This document shows positions 11,557-19,952 of a DNA stretch of 64,000 nt, piece after piece (within the stretch, counting starts at the first letter, position 1; the number at the start of each line of letters is the position of its first letter). Below the pieces are notes generated by a model that worked only from the letters and a program-made list of their open reading frames with translations, was not told where the DNA came from and did no database searches. This DNA is from an uncultured Chloroflexia bacterium. GTDB taxonomy: Bacteria > Chloroflexota > Anaerolineae > B4-G1 > SLSP01. The DNA is taken from positions 1 through 64,000 of the forward strand of contig CAVVUS010000037.1 in NCBI GenBank assembly GCA_963751345.1. The letters are read 5' to 3'. Made by a program: the position numbers and the translations under genes.

Positions 11557-12669
11557 CTACCCTCGCAGGATCTCCTTGATCCTGTCGATGATGATGATCT
11601 CTTGCCCGGCCTCAAGGGTCTGCGGGTTCACAAAGACGCCGGTGTCTCCCGCCGCTGCCAACACGATGCTGGGGTCACCCGCCCGCAATTGCCCCAGGAT
11701 CTCGTCTCGCGTGAGGCCCAGAGCCCCTTCGTCGAAACTGACCTCCGCGCGCGGCATAGGCTGCCCTGCCTCGCTCGGGAAACTGCGCCGGGCAGAGATC
11801 TGCGGGTGATCCGAGAACGCGGCGACCACGGTCTGCACCTGATCCTCGTAGGTCTGCATCAGCCCATCGTGGTCGAGATCCAGATAGCGCCGCACCGCTG
11901 TCATCAGGCCCACCATCTCTTCCTTGCCCACCTTCATGGGCCTGCCGATGAAGGCTCGCGGGCAGGCATTGAAGGCGCAGGCTTCAATAAGGTCCTTTCG
12001 CCCCAGGATCAAGCCGCTGCTCTGCGGGCCGCACAGCCCCTTGCCGCCGCTGAACAATACGAGATCGGCGCCCATCTGGGTGAAGCGCCATAGGTTGTCG
12101 ACCGGTGGGATCTGCGCGGCGGCGTCGATGACGAGGGGAATCCCGGACCGCCGGGCAATCTCGATGCCCCGCTCCAGGGGCACCTGCCCCTCCACGCGTG
12201 CGGGGTTGTAGAAGTAGAAAATAGCGGCTGTCTTGTCGTTAATGGCCTGAAGCATCTGCTCCTCCGTCGCACCTTCCTCGGTCCCGATCTCGACGAGCTT
12301 GCCCCCGGCTTGGCGAATAGCGAAGGAATAGCCCACCAGCCCGCGCTTGTGGACGATGATCTCGTTCTTCATGCCCTCTGTATAGGGAAGGCACTCGCGC
12401 TTTTCGGGATCGAGGCCGGTGATGCAGGCCGCCGTGCTGAGCGCGAGACCTGCCGCCGCGCCACACGACACGTAGGCCGCCTCGTTGCGGGTCCACGACG
12501 CGATCCGCTCCCCCACCTTCTGCTGCAGCTTATCGATATCGACGAAGTGCTGGGCCGCCTCGGCCATTGCTGCCAGGACCTCCGGCGACATCAGCGAGCC
12601 GCCCAGCATGGTCAGCGTCGCCGCGCCATTGATCACTTTCGTGACACCGAGCTCATCGTATATGTCCAT
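11557..12669 (-). CDS. SelA-like PLP-dependent enzyme (DgaE / D-glucosaminate-6-phosphate ammonia-lyase-like)
   Basis: VINGAATLTMLGGS, VIDAAA, FSGGKGLCGPQSSG (PLP Lys) and IGRPMKVGKEEMVG; 370 aa, lacking the N-terminal extension of true SelA. Confidence 0.85.
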   Translation of the reverse strand: MDIYDELGVTKVINGAATLTMLGGSLMSPEVLAAMAEAAQHFVDIDKLQQKVGERIASWTRNEAAYVSCGAAAGLALSTAACITGLDPEKRECLPYTEGMKNEIIVHKRGLVGYSFAIRQAGGKLVEIGTEEGATEEQMLQAINDKTAAIFYFYNPARVEGQVPLERGIEIARRSGIPLVIDAAAQIPPVDNLWRFTQMGADLVLFSGGKGLCGPQSSGLILGRKDLIEACAFNACPRAFIGRPMKVGKEEMVGLMTAVRRYLDLDHDGLMQTYEDQVQTVVAAFSDHPQISARRSFPSEAGQPMPRAEVSFDEGALGLTRDEILGQLRAGDPSIVLAAAGDTGVFVNPQTLEAGQEIIIIDRIKEILRG

Positions 12670-12684
12670 AACTCCCCCTTTGCG

Positions 12685-13929
12685 TCAAGCCTGGAGCTTC
12701 GGCATCCGCCAGTAGGCTTCAGGTGCATGCTCCCACTCGGGCATACTCAACCCGGTCGGATCGTAGACGATCTTGCCGGCCCTCACAGTCATCGCACACT
12801 CCAGCTTCTCGGTGCCGATCATCTTGGCACGACCACAGTCGGAAAAGCCGAAGGTACCCGTCAGATGCTCGAAGACGGCGACGTCGGCCTCCGCACCGAC
12901 GCTCAACGTACCCAGCTCGGGGCGCCCGATCTCGCGCGCCGGCGCCACGGTGGAGCGCATGATCACCTCCTGCAGCGGCATCCCGATACTCAGGAGCTTC
13001 GACATCGTGGTCAGCATGCTGACCACCGGCCCGTTGATGTTGCCCATATGCAGGTCGGTGCTGATGGAGTCCGGCGGGAAGCCACCCCGCAGGGCCGGTA
13101 CGGCGTTGCGGAACCAGAAGCTCCCGGCGCCGTGGCCGAGGTCGAAGATGACGCCCCTGTCTCGCGCCTGGAAGAGGTGATCGTAGAGCTTGCCGTTCTC
13201 GTCGACGATCGGGAACTGCTGGGCGAAGATGTGGGTGTGGATGTCGCCCGGGCGCAGCTTTTCGAGGATCAGGTCGGGATACGGGCGCTCCGGCGGGCGA
13301 GGCCAGAAATCGACCATGACCGGCTTCCCGCACAGCTCACCCGCCTCCACCGCCCGTTCGACCGACACCCACGGCGCGTGCTCCGCGTCCCACGGTTGGC
13401 GGGTCCAGTAGTGGGCCGTCTTGACGCCGACGATTACATCGGGGTAGGCCTCCGCCAGCGCAGCGACGACCTTCGGCTGCATCGCGTTGGGATCCTGCTC
13501 CGAGGCGGCATCGACCATGCCCCCCGCGGCAATGTTCAAGAGTGCCAGGATGCGGACCTGGGCACGGTCGATATGGTGCGTCTTGAAGTCCGGGAAGTCC
13601 TTCCAGCCGACCGTCCCTGCGTCAACCGTCGTCGTCACACCCGAGGCCAGCAGGTGTGCATCGGCATTCATCCCGCCCACATAGGCTGCGTCGGTCGCCA
13701 CGAAGGGGTAGACGTGGGTATGGATATCGAGGATGCCGGGCGTCACGATGTGACGCGAGACATCCACGACCGTGGTCGCGGCGCCCTCATCGATATCGGG
13801 GCTCACGCCGGCGATGATTCCGTCCCGGATGCCCACATCGAAGCGCCCGTCGATGCCGTTCGTCGGGTCGATGACGTGGCCGCCCTTCAGCAGCAGATCA
13901 AACGATTCTGGTTCGTTTACCGAGTGCAT
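12685..13929 (-). CDS. Amidohydrolase/deacetylase (dihydroorotase-like, EF_0837-type)
   Basis: LLKGGHVIDP, PGILDIHTH, GVTTTVDAG, LRPGDIHTH, FDLGHGAGSF and DSISTDLH motifs; GGAGG RBS. Confidence 0.88.
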   Translation of the reverse strand: MHSVNEPESFDLLLKGGHVIDPTNGIDGRFDVGIRDGIIAGVSPDIDEGAATTVVDVSRHIVTPGILDIHTHVYPFVATDAAYVGGMNADAHLLASGVTTTVDAGTVGWKDFPDFKTHHIDRAQVRILALLNIAAGGMVDAASEQDPNAMQPKVVAALAEAYPDVIVGVKTAHYWTRQPWDAEHAPWVSVERAVEAGELCGKPVMVDFWPRPPERPYPDLILEKLRPGDIHTHIFAQQFPIVDENGKLYDHLFQARDRGVIFDLGHGAGSFWFRNAVPALRGGFPPDSISTDLHMGNINGPVVSMLTTMSKLLSIGMPLQEVIMRSTVAPAREIGRPELGTLSVGAEADVAVFEHLTGTFGFSDCGRAKMIGTEKLECAMTVRAGKIVYDPTGLSMPEWEHAPEAYWRMPKLQA

Positions 13930-14011
13930 CGTCACACACCACCTCCTTCGCGACAGTGTAGCTTCTGCTTCGCCCCCTCCGCGGACCAAAGATCGGTCCA
14001 ATCTACCAAGG

Positions 14012-14536
14012 CTACTTGTCCTGCAGTGCTTTCTGATAGAGCGCCGTGCCGTAGAACTCATACGACGCGGCCTTGTCAGGCACATCGACCAGATGAACCG
14101 TGAACCGCGCCGGCACGCCGTTGTCCGGAAGATAATCTCGGAAGAAGCCCCTATAGGCCTCGGCATAGGCCTTGCGCAGCCGGTCGAGTTCTGCCGCGTA
14201 GCCAAGTGGGTCGACCAATGGGTTTGGGGACTTGGGTTGGCAACCGAAGGCGTGGATCTCGATAAAATCGACGTCCTTCAGCGAATCGCAGATCCCGGCG
14301 TCCTGCAACCAGAGCTCCCAGCTCTTGAAGACCAGCGGGATCTCCTCCTCGGGTTCCATCGTGACCAACTCGTCCAGGCCCAGCACGCCCTTAGCCGAGT
14401 AGCCGCCGGTCAGCCCCGCAAAGGAGATCTTGAGATCGCCATCCGGCAGTTCCTCGGTGACCAGCGCCGAGAGCACCGGATGCTCGCCGGTGTAGTAATA
14501 CGTCAGCTTCCCGCGCTTCTTTACGTTGAATGCCAT
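14012..14536 (-). CDS. Divergent RidA/YjgF-like (Rid superfamily) protein
   Basis: By-eye match to the Rid pattern: SFAGLTG, LQDAG..SLKDV, Y..FF....GVPARFTVHLVDVP....YEFYGTA. GGAGG RBS. Confidence 0.55.
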   Translation of the reverse strand: MAFNVKKRGKLTYYYTGEHPVLSALVTEELPDGDLKISFAGLTGGYSAKGVLGLDELVTMEPEEEIPLVFKSWELWLQDAGICDSLKDVDFIEIHAFGCQPKSPNPLVDPLGYAAELDRLRKAYAEAYRGFFRDYLPDNGVPARFTVHLVDVPDKAASYEFYGTALYQKALQDK

Positions 14537-14593
14537 AGTGTCTGCCTCCGTTGTGCTATGTCTAGTCGCCTAATATCCAGGTAGCTGAGGTCC

Positions 14594-14613
14594 GTAGTAA
14601 CGGCTTCAGCCGT
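14594..14613. repeat. Single GTAG-type REP-like palindrome
   Basis: GTAG-TA-ACGGCT-TC-AGCCGT in the intergenic gap. Confidence 0.35.
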
Positions 14614-14664
14614 GAAACCGCAGAAGCGGTGGCTGCAAACCGGCCCGGCTGAGCGCTAAGTGCT

Positions 14665-16674
14665 CTACAGGTTCTTGGAGCTAAGGCTATCAAGCGTGTC
14701 TGCGACGTCGTCGAGCCCCAGCTCCTCCAGCTTGGCCCGCGTGGGCCAGCCACTTTCAAGGTCCCACCCGCTCAACTCGTAGTAGCTGTCCAGAAGCGTC
14801 AGGAACTGCGCCCGATCCAACATGACGCCATCGTCCTTGCCGGGATACATGAAGCCATCCAGTGTGGACTCATCGATCGTCCGATTGCGCCCGAAGTTGC
14901 GCACATCGAGCGCGCGAAGCTGTGTCCAGATGCGTTCCCCGGCGCGATTGAGCTCCTCCTCGCTGACATCATATCCCGTGGAGGTCGATAGGAGCTTGGA
15001 CATCAGGGCCGTGTCAGCCGCGCCATCCTCACTGAGCATACTGAAAACGCGACTGTTCTCGTAGTCGCAAAGGATCAGCGAGTCCACGACCATTCCCCGG
15101 TGGCTATGCCAGATGGCGGGGATCGCCTTGGCCTCCGGTGGGTCGTAGGTGAATGCGGGGTCGCCCACGTCGGGGTTGCCGTAGACCTTGGCACAGACGG
15201 CGCGCACCTTCTCCAACGGGAAGGGCCCGTGGTTGGGCCCACTCTCGGAAAGGTAGGGCTGCACGTGCTCGGTCCATTGATGCGTCGAGTCGTTGGCCGG
15301 ATCCCGGGTATCAACGCACCACTGCAGGATGGGCGGCAGCCACCAAGGCCAATAGACTCGACCGCCGGGTCCCCAGTGCCCGCCCCAATGCTCGGTCTGG
15401 CCGGCGCGGCGGGGATAGATCCGATCGAGAAGCGGGAGACCCGCGCCGTCGAAGAGCGTCTCGGCAGCATAGCAAGTGCCCTCGGCCAGCGCATCGCCCA
15501 ACTCTCCCTTCCGGAAGGCGATCTTGTGGACGAGCATATTGAGGAACTCGGAGTCGTAACTTGCCGTGTCGCTCAGGTACTCAAGCGGCTTGTCGGGGAC
15601 GGGAATGTCGATACCGTCGATCTCGTCGATAAGCCCATGTTGTTTGCACATCTGCAGCCACGGGATGATGCCAAACGAGATCTCCCACCCGTTCAGCCCA
15701 TAGTCGCTGGTCATCGCTCTGCCGACGGCCTCAGACTTCAGAGAGGTGCTCGAATACCCCCAACAGTGTCGCGCCACGCTGGGCACGCCAACCCCATCCG
15801 ACGATTCCGCGTTCTCCAGGATCGGAAAGGAGCAGGGGGTGGCGCAGAAACCGCACTTGCGCCAGCGGACGCTCACCCCCGTCTGCTGCGCCCGCTCGGC
15901 CATGCGCTGGCGGTAACGGCCCGCCCAGGACGGCATACTTGGTGTAGACCCCTCGCGGCTCGCGTGCGTGCACAGATCGAGGAATGCGTCCGGCCTGGCG
16001 ATCTTCACGCCCTGCATTCCCCGGACGGCAATCGCCTTCAGATTCTTGGAACCCATGACCCCACCGAAACCACCCTGCCCGGCAGCATTGCCGGTCTCGG
16101 TTTGGATCACGGCGATGCGTGAGAGGCGCTCTCCAGCCTGGCCACACGAGATGACCCGCGTCTTGGGGCCGTGGAGCATGCGCAGCGCCCGCGTCGTCGC
16201 GTAGTTGCCCTTACCCCACAGGGGAGCCGCATCGCGTATCTCGACCTGCCCGTTGTCGATCCAGATGTAGACCGGGCTGCTTGCTTTTCCCTGGACGATG
16301 ATCCCGTCGTAGCCCGCGTATTTCAGCTCCGCGCCCCAATGCCCGCCCATCCCCGAGCGGGAGAAGACCGGCGGGCGCTGCTGCGGCGCGATGCCCAGCA
16401 CCTCGACCCGGCCCGCGCCCGAGGCCAGCGTCCCGGTCAGCGGCCCCACCATAACGAAGAGCATGTTCCCAGGATCGAACGGACCTATGCCCCGTGGAAG
16501 CTCCTCCCAGGCGATCCGCGCGGCGACCCCCACGCCACCCACGAAGGCGGGAACGTAGCGCATCGTGTCGACCACCGAGGTTTCACCTGCGGAGAGATCG
16601 ACGCGCAGGATCCTGCCGGTCCAGCCGTAGGTCTCGTTACCTGCGTCACGCGTGTTGGATTGTAGTGTGGTCAT
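14665..16674 (-). CDS. Aldehyde:ferredoxin oxidoreductase (tungstopterin WOR/AOR family) catalytic subunit
   Basis: YGWTGRILRVDLS, GPLTGT, GGHWGAELKYAGYDG, GVMGSKNLKAIAV, CGFCATPC, DSLILC and YYELSGWD..GWPT..KL.ELGL motifs. Confidence 0.92.
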   Translation of the reverse strand: MTTLQSNTRDAGNETYGWTGRILRVDLSAGETSVVDTMRYVPAFVGGVGVAARIAWEELPRGIGPFDPGNMLFVMVGPLTGTLASGAGRVEVLGIAPQQRPPVFSRSGMGGHWGAELKYAGYDGIIVQGKASSPVYIWIDNGQVEIRDAAPLWGKGNYATTRALRMLHGPKTRVISCGQAGERLSRIAVIQTETGNAAGQGGFGGVMGSKNLKAIAVRGMQGVKIARPDAFLDLCTHASREGSTPSMPSWAGRYRQRMAERAQQTGVSVRWRKCGFCATPCSFPILENAESSDGVGVPSVARHCWGYSSTSLKSEAVGRAMTSDYGLNGWEISFGIIPWLQMCKQHGLIDEIDGIDIPVPDKPLEYLSDTASYDSEFLNMLVHKIAFRKGELGDALAEGTCYAAETLFDGAGLPLLDRIYPRRAGQTEHWGGHWGPGGRVYWPWWLPPILQWCVDTRDPANDSTHQWTEHVQPYLSESGPNHGPFPLEKVRAVCAKVYGNPDVGDPAFTYDPPEAKAIPAIWHSHRGMVVDSLILCDYENSRVFSMLSEDGAADTALMSKLLSTSTGYDVSEEELNRAGERIWTQLRALDVRNFGRNRTIDESTLDGFMYPGKDDGVMLDRAQFLTLLDSYYELSGWDLESGWPTRAKLEELGLDDVADTLDSLSSKNL

Positions 16675-16675
16675 C

Positions 16676-17182
16676 TCACATGCGCCTTTCAGAAGCAGGG
16701 ACCAGCGAGAGGGCCTCGCCAGGGCAGACCTCCACGCAGATTGGACCCTCCGGGCGATCGTAGCACAGATCGCATTTGAAGTAAACGCGTTTGCGCTCTA
16801 CCTTCTTGAACCCGATCACCGATCGCTCAGGCGTCAGCGGGCAGGCACGCACACAAGCGTCACAACCGCGACACTTCTCAGGGTCGATGACACGCGCACC
16901 GGTGACTTCGTCAATGAAGATCGCAGGGTCCTCCCAGCGGGATGCGCACGCGTAGGCGCAAGCGGGCCAATCACATTGCTTGCACACGACGATGGTCGGT
17001 GGACCGGGGATGAAGTCATCGAAGTCAATGTGAATTCGAGAGAGGCTGGGGTTGCACTCTCCCTCGTGGTAAAGGGAACATGCTACCTCACACTCACGAC
17101 AGGCGAGGCAACGGTCACCATCTACGGCAATCACGCCAGAGCGCGACAACTTGAGGATTCGAACCGCTAACGTCTCAGTCAC
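16676..17182 (-). CDS. 4Fe-4S dicluster electron-transfer subunit (DmsB/HycB-like)
   Basis: CLACRECEVAC, CKQCDWPACAYAC, CRGCDACVRACP and KCDLC...CVEVCP; 1-nt gap to the AOR gene. Confidence 0.92.
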   Translation of the reverse strand: MTETLAVRILKLSRSGVIAVDGDRCLACRECEVACSLYHEGECNPSLSRIHIDFDDFIPGPPTIVVCKQCDWPACAYACASRWEDPAIFIDEVTGARVIDPEKCRGCDACVRACPLTPERSVIGFKKVERKRVYFKCDLCYDRPEGPICVEVCPGEALSLVPASERRM

Positions 17183-17497
17183 AGTTGCTCCTATGTATCG
17201 CTGAAAGCTGCACAGCTGGGCACGGTATCACTTACCCTCCGAGGCGTTGGCAAGCGGACCCCGGAGACACTATTGGAGGACGACCGCGAACCTGCCAACC
17301 ACCCCCACTGATGCCGCTTCCGAATGTATGCCCGATGGCGTGAATGTCCAGCCGGGTCCGAGCACGGCAGCATCTGAGGAACGAGACAGGCCGTCAGCCC
17401 GTGCGAGCATTTGTCTGCGTGGTGGGCAGCCCTATACTACTCCCACAGTGGGGGAGGTCGTTCTGATGCATCACGCCAATCAAGGAGGCAAGTTACG

Positions 17498-18601
17498 ATG
17501 AAAGTGGGCTTCTATGGTCACGTTAGGCAGTATCACGGACTGAAGAGCGAAATCGACACCGCCATTCATGAGGTTCTGGAGAGCGGCGAATACGTCATGG
17601 GACCAACCTTGGCGCGCTTCGAGAAGGAATTGGCGACCTATTGGGGAACCAAGCATGCCATTGGCTGTAACTCGGGCACCGACGCGCTCTGGTTAGCGTT
17701 CTTTGCACTGGGGATTGGTCCCGGCGACGAAGTCATCACGGTTGCCAACACCTTCTTCGCCACGGCGGAAGCGATTTGGATCGTGGGCGCCAAGCCCGTC
17801 TTTGTGGAGATAGAACCGGATACGTGCAACATCGATCCTACAAAGATCGAGGCAGCCATTACCGAGAGGACCAAGGCGATCGTCCCGGTTCACCTGTACG
17901 GCCAGATGGCCGACATGTCGGCCATCGCCAAGATCGCCAAGAAGCACGGCTTGCTCGTCATCGAGGACAATGCCCAGTCCGTGGACGCTGCGGGGCCCGA
18001 CTTCAGGTCCGGGGAGCTGAGTGATGCCGTCTGCACCAGCTTCATCATTCAGAAGAACCTGGGAACCTTCGGCGACAGCGGGGCGGTCCTGACCAACCGT
18101 GACGACATCGTTGATCGTATCCTGGCGATGCGCAACCACGGGTCGCTTAAGCGTTCGCATCACAGTATGGGATACAACAGCCGGCTTGATGATCTGCACG
18201 CGGGCATCCTCAGTGTGAAGCTGAAGCGGATCACGGCATGGAGCGACCGGCGGCGCGAGATCGCTGCGCTGTACACCGAGGGATTGAAGGACACCGGCCT
18301 CAAACTGCCGTATGAGAAACCCGGATACCGGCACGTCTACCATTTCTACATCATCGAGACCGAAGAACGTGATGCCATGCTCACCTATCTCAAAGACAAT
18401 GGGATTGATGCCAAGACCCACTATCCCATCGCCATTCACCAACAGGAGGGCTATCCCTGGGGCAAGCCCGCTGATCTGGATGTGTCGTTGCCCCTCAGTG
18501 AGAAATCAGCCGCCAGCGTCATCTCGCTGCCGATGTACCCAGAGCTGACCCAGGAAGAAATCGACTACGTGATTGACACCGTTCGCGCCTGGAAAGGCTG
18601 A
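17498..18601 (+). CDS. DegT/DnrJ/EryC1/StrS family PLP aminotransferase
   Basis: NSGTDAL, GIGPGDEVI, KAIVPVHLYGQ, IEDNAQS, SFIIQKNLGTFGDSG and GYNSRLD motifs; AGGAGG RBS. Confidence 0.92.
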   Translation: MKVGFYGHVRQYHGLKSEIDTAIHEVLESGEYVMGPTLARFEKELATYWGTKHAIGCNSGTDALWLAFFALGIGPGDEVITVANTFFATAEAIWIVGAKPVFVEIEPDTCNIDPTKIEAAITERTKAIVPVHLYGQMADMSAIAKIAKKHGLLVIEDNAQSVDAAGPDFRSGELSDAVCTSFIIQKNLGTFGDSGAVLTNRDDIVDRILAMRNHGSLKRSHHSMGYNSRLDDLHAGILSVKLKRITAWSDRRREIAALYTEGLKDTGLKLPYEKPGYRHVYHFYIIETEERDAMLTYLKDNGIDAKTHYPIAIHQQEGYPWGKPADLDVSLPLSEKSAASVISLPMYPELTQEEIDYVIDTVRAWKG

Positions 18602-18607
18602 GAGCCG

Positions 18608-19642
18608 ATGAGCACCTCACAGAAGACGTATAGCGTCGCGATCGCCGGGATGGGCAAGCGCGGCACACATCACGCCGACGCCTTTGCAGCGAACCCGCGC
18701 TTTGAGATCGTTGGGCTGTGTGACATCGATCAGGCGCGACTCGATGCGACCGCGGAGGCGTACGGCGTTGCGTACACCAACACGGATGCCGCGCGGATGC
18801 TCTCCGACACGAAACCGGATGTTTTCTGCTTCTGTACGCTACCCAGAGTGCGCCTGGCCTTAATCCAAGCAGGGGTTGCGGCTGGTGTGCAACTCATCGC
18901 CTACGAGAAACCGATGGCGATGTCAACCAACGAGGCACTGGAGATCATGACCTTGCTGCGCGAGGCCGGGGTCAAGTCGGTGGTCAGCCACCAGCATCGC
19001 TATGGCGAACACTACAAGAAGGTCAAGGAGATCATCGCCAGCGGCGCAATCGGACGCGTGCACACGGTCTACGGGCACGCCACCGGATGGATGATGCATA
19101 TGATGACCCACCTGGTTGAGTACATACGCTGGTACAACGATTGGGCTGAGGCCGAGTGGGTCGTGGGGCAGGCGGATGGGAAGGAGAAGCTCGCCGATGC
19201 GCATCCTTCGCCCGACTATATCGCCGGGCTCGTGCAGTTCGAGAACGGGGTGCGCGGCATCCTCGAGTGCGGCGCGGGAGCGCCCGACGTTCCCGAGGTG
19301 GACTACTGGTGGCGCAAGTGTCGTGTTGGCGCGCAGGGCACAGAGGGATTCGCCGAGGTGCTGACCGGGGGTGGGTGGCGCGCGATCACCCGCGACTCCA
19401 ACGGCGTGATCTCGGGGCCCGGCAATATGGACTATGCACACGATATGCCGCCCTATGTCCAGGAGATCGCCGACTGGCTGGACGACGAGGCGAAGGTGCA
19501 TCCCTGCAACGGCGAGAGCGCGTTCAAGGGGTTCCAGATCACGATGGCGATGGTGAGATCGGTGGTGCAGCGCGGCAAGGTCACGCTGCCGCTCGGCCCG
19601 GGCGAGCCGGAGCTCGAGGCCCTAGCCAGAGTGCTGCCGTGA
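18608..19642 (+). CDS. Gfo/Idh/MocA family oxidoreductase
   Basis: AIAGMGKRG, YEKPMA and IASGAIG motifs; 6-nt gap after the aminotransferase. Confidence 0.88.
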   Translation: MSTSQKTYSVAIAGMGKRGTHHADAFAANPRFEIVGLCDIDQARLDATAEAYGVAYTNTDAARMLSDTKPDVFCFCTLPRVRLALIQAGVAAGVQLIAYEKPMAMSTNEALEIMTLLREAGVKSVVSHQHRYGEHYKKVKEIIASGAIGRVHTVYGHATGWMMHMMTHLVEYIRWYNDWAEAEWVVGQADGKEKLADAHPSPDYIAGLVQFENGVRGILECGAGAPDVPEVDYWWRKCRVGAQGTEGFAEVLTGGGWRAITRDSNGVISGPGNMDYAHDMPPYVQEIADWLDDEAKVHPCNGESAFKGFQITMAMVRSVVQRGKVTLPLGPGEPELEALARVLP

Positions 19643-19720
19643 ATTCAGATCGCTGTGAGTCAGGGTGGCGCCGCTAGAGCGTAGCGCCAGTCCATCTGCC
19701 TGATCTGGCACAAGGTATGC

Positions 19721-19754
19721 CAACGGGCCTAGGCGCATGCGCTTGGGCCCGTTG
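19721..19754. terminator. Hairpin downstream of the Gfo/Idh/MocA gene (probable terminator)
   Basis: CAACGGGCCTAGGCGC-AT-GCGCTTGGGCCCGTTG, with G:U pairs. Confidence 0.55.
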
Positions 19755-19776
19755 CTTGGCTGTAGGGCCGGAATGT

Positions 19777-19821
19777 CTATCCCCATCCCTCTTCGTCGGG
19801 GAAGACGTTGCTGTACTTGAT
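19777..19821 (-). pseudogene. Orphan 3' end (14 codons plus stop) of an LsrG/ABM-family gene; diverged direct repeat of 23089-23133
   Basis: Translates to IKYSNVFPDEEGWG* versus [14 protein letters not shown] at 23089; 38/45 nt identical by manual alignment. Confidence 0.85.
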
Positions 19822-19875
19822 TCGGTTCGTCCAGGTAACCATAGGATGACAGGCCTCACCCTCACCGGGCCGAGA

Positions 19876-19904
19876 TTGACATCCGTGCCTGCTCATGGTT
19901 AGAT
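19876..19904 (+). promoter_or_regulatory. Putative sigma70 promoter for the desaturase gene
   Basis: TTGACA-17 nt-TTAGAT. Confidence 0.4.
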
Positions 19905-19952
19905 AGCGTTGATACTCAGTGAAATATCGTCGCACCAAAGATAGGGGGGGCA

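Noticed and set aside
11557-12669. Selenocysteine synthase selA / Sec machinery
   Set aside because: Only 370 aa, with DgaE-type motifs and amidohydrolase context; no selB, selC or selD in the window.
12310-14103. Long antisense ORFs (597 aa here; also 15100..16122, 27062..28165, 42194..43417)
   Set aside because: Shadow frames of well-supported genes in high-GC DNA, with no recognisable motifs.
17183-17497. Moco/tungsten-cofactor riboswitch upstream of the AOR operon
   Set aside because: I could not find the conserved CCUCCC...GGAAAGG elements by eye; an Infernal/Rfam scan would settle it.
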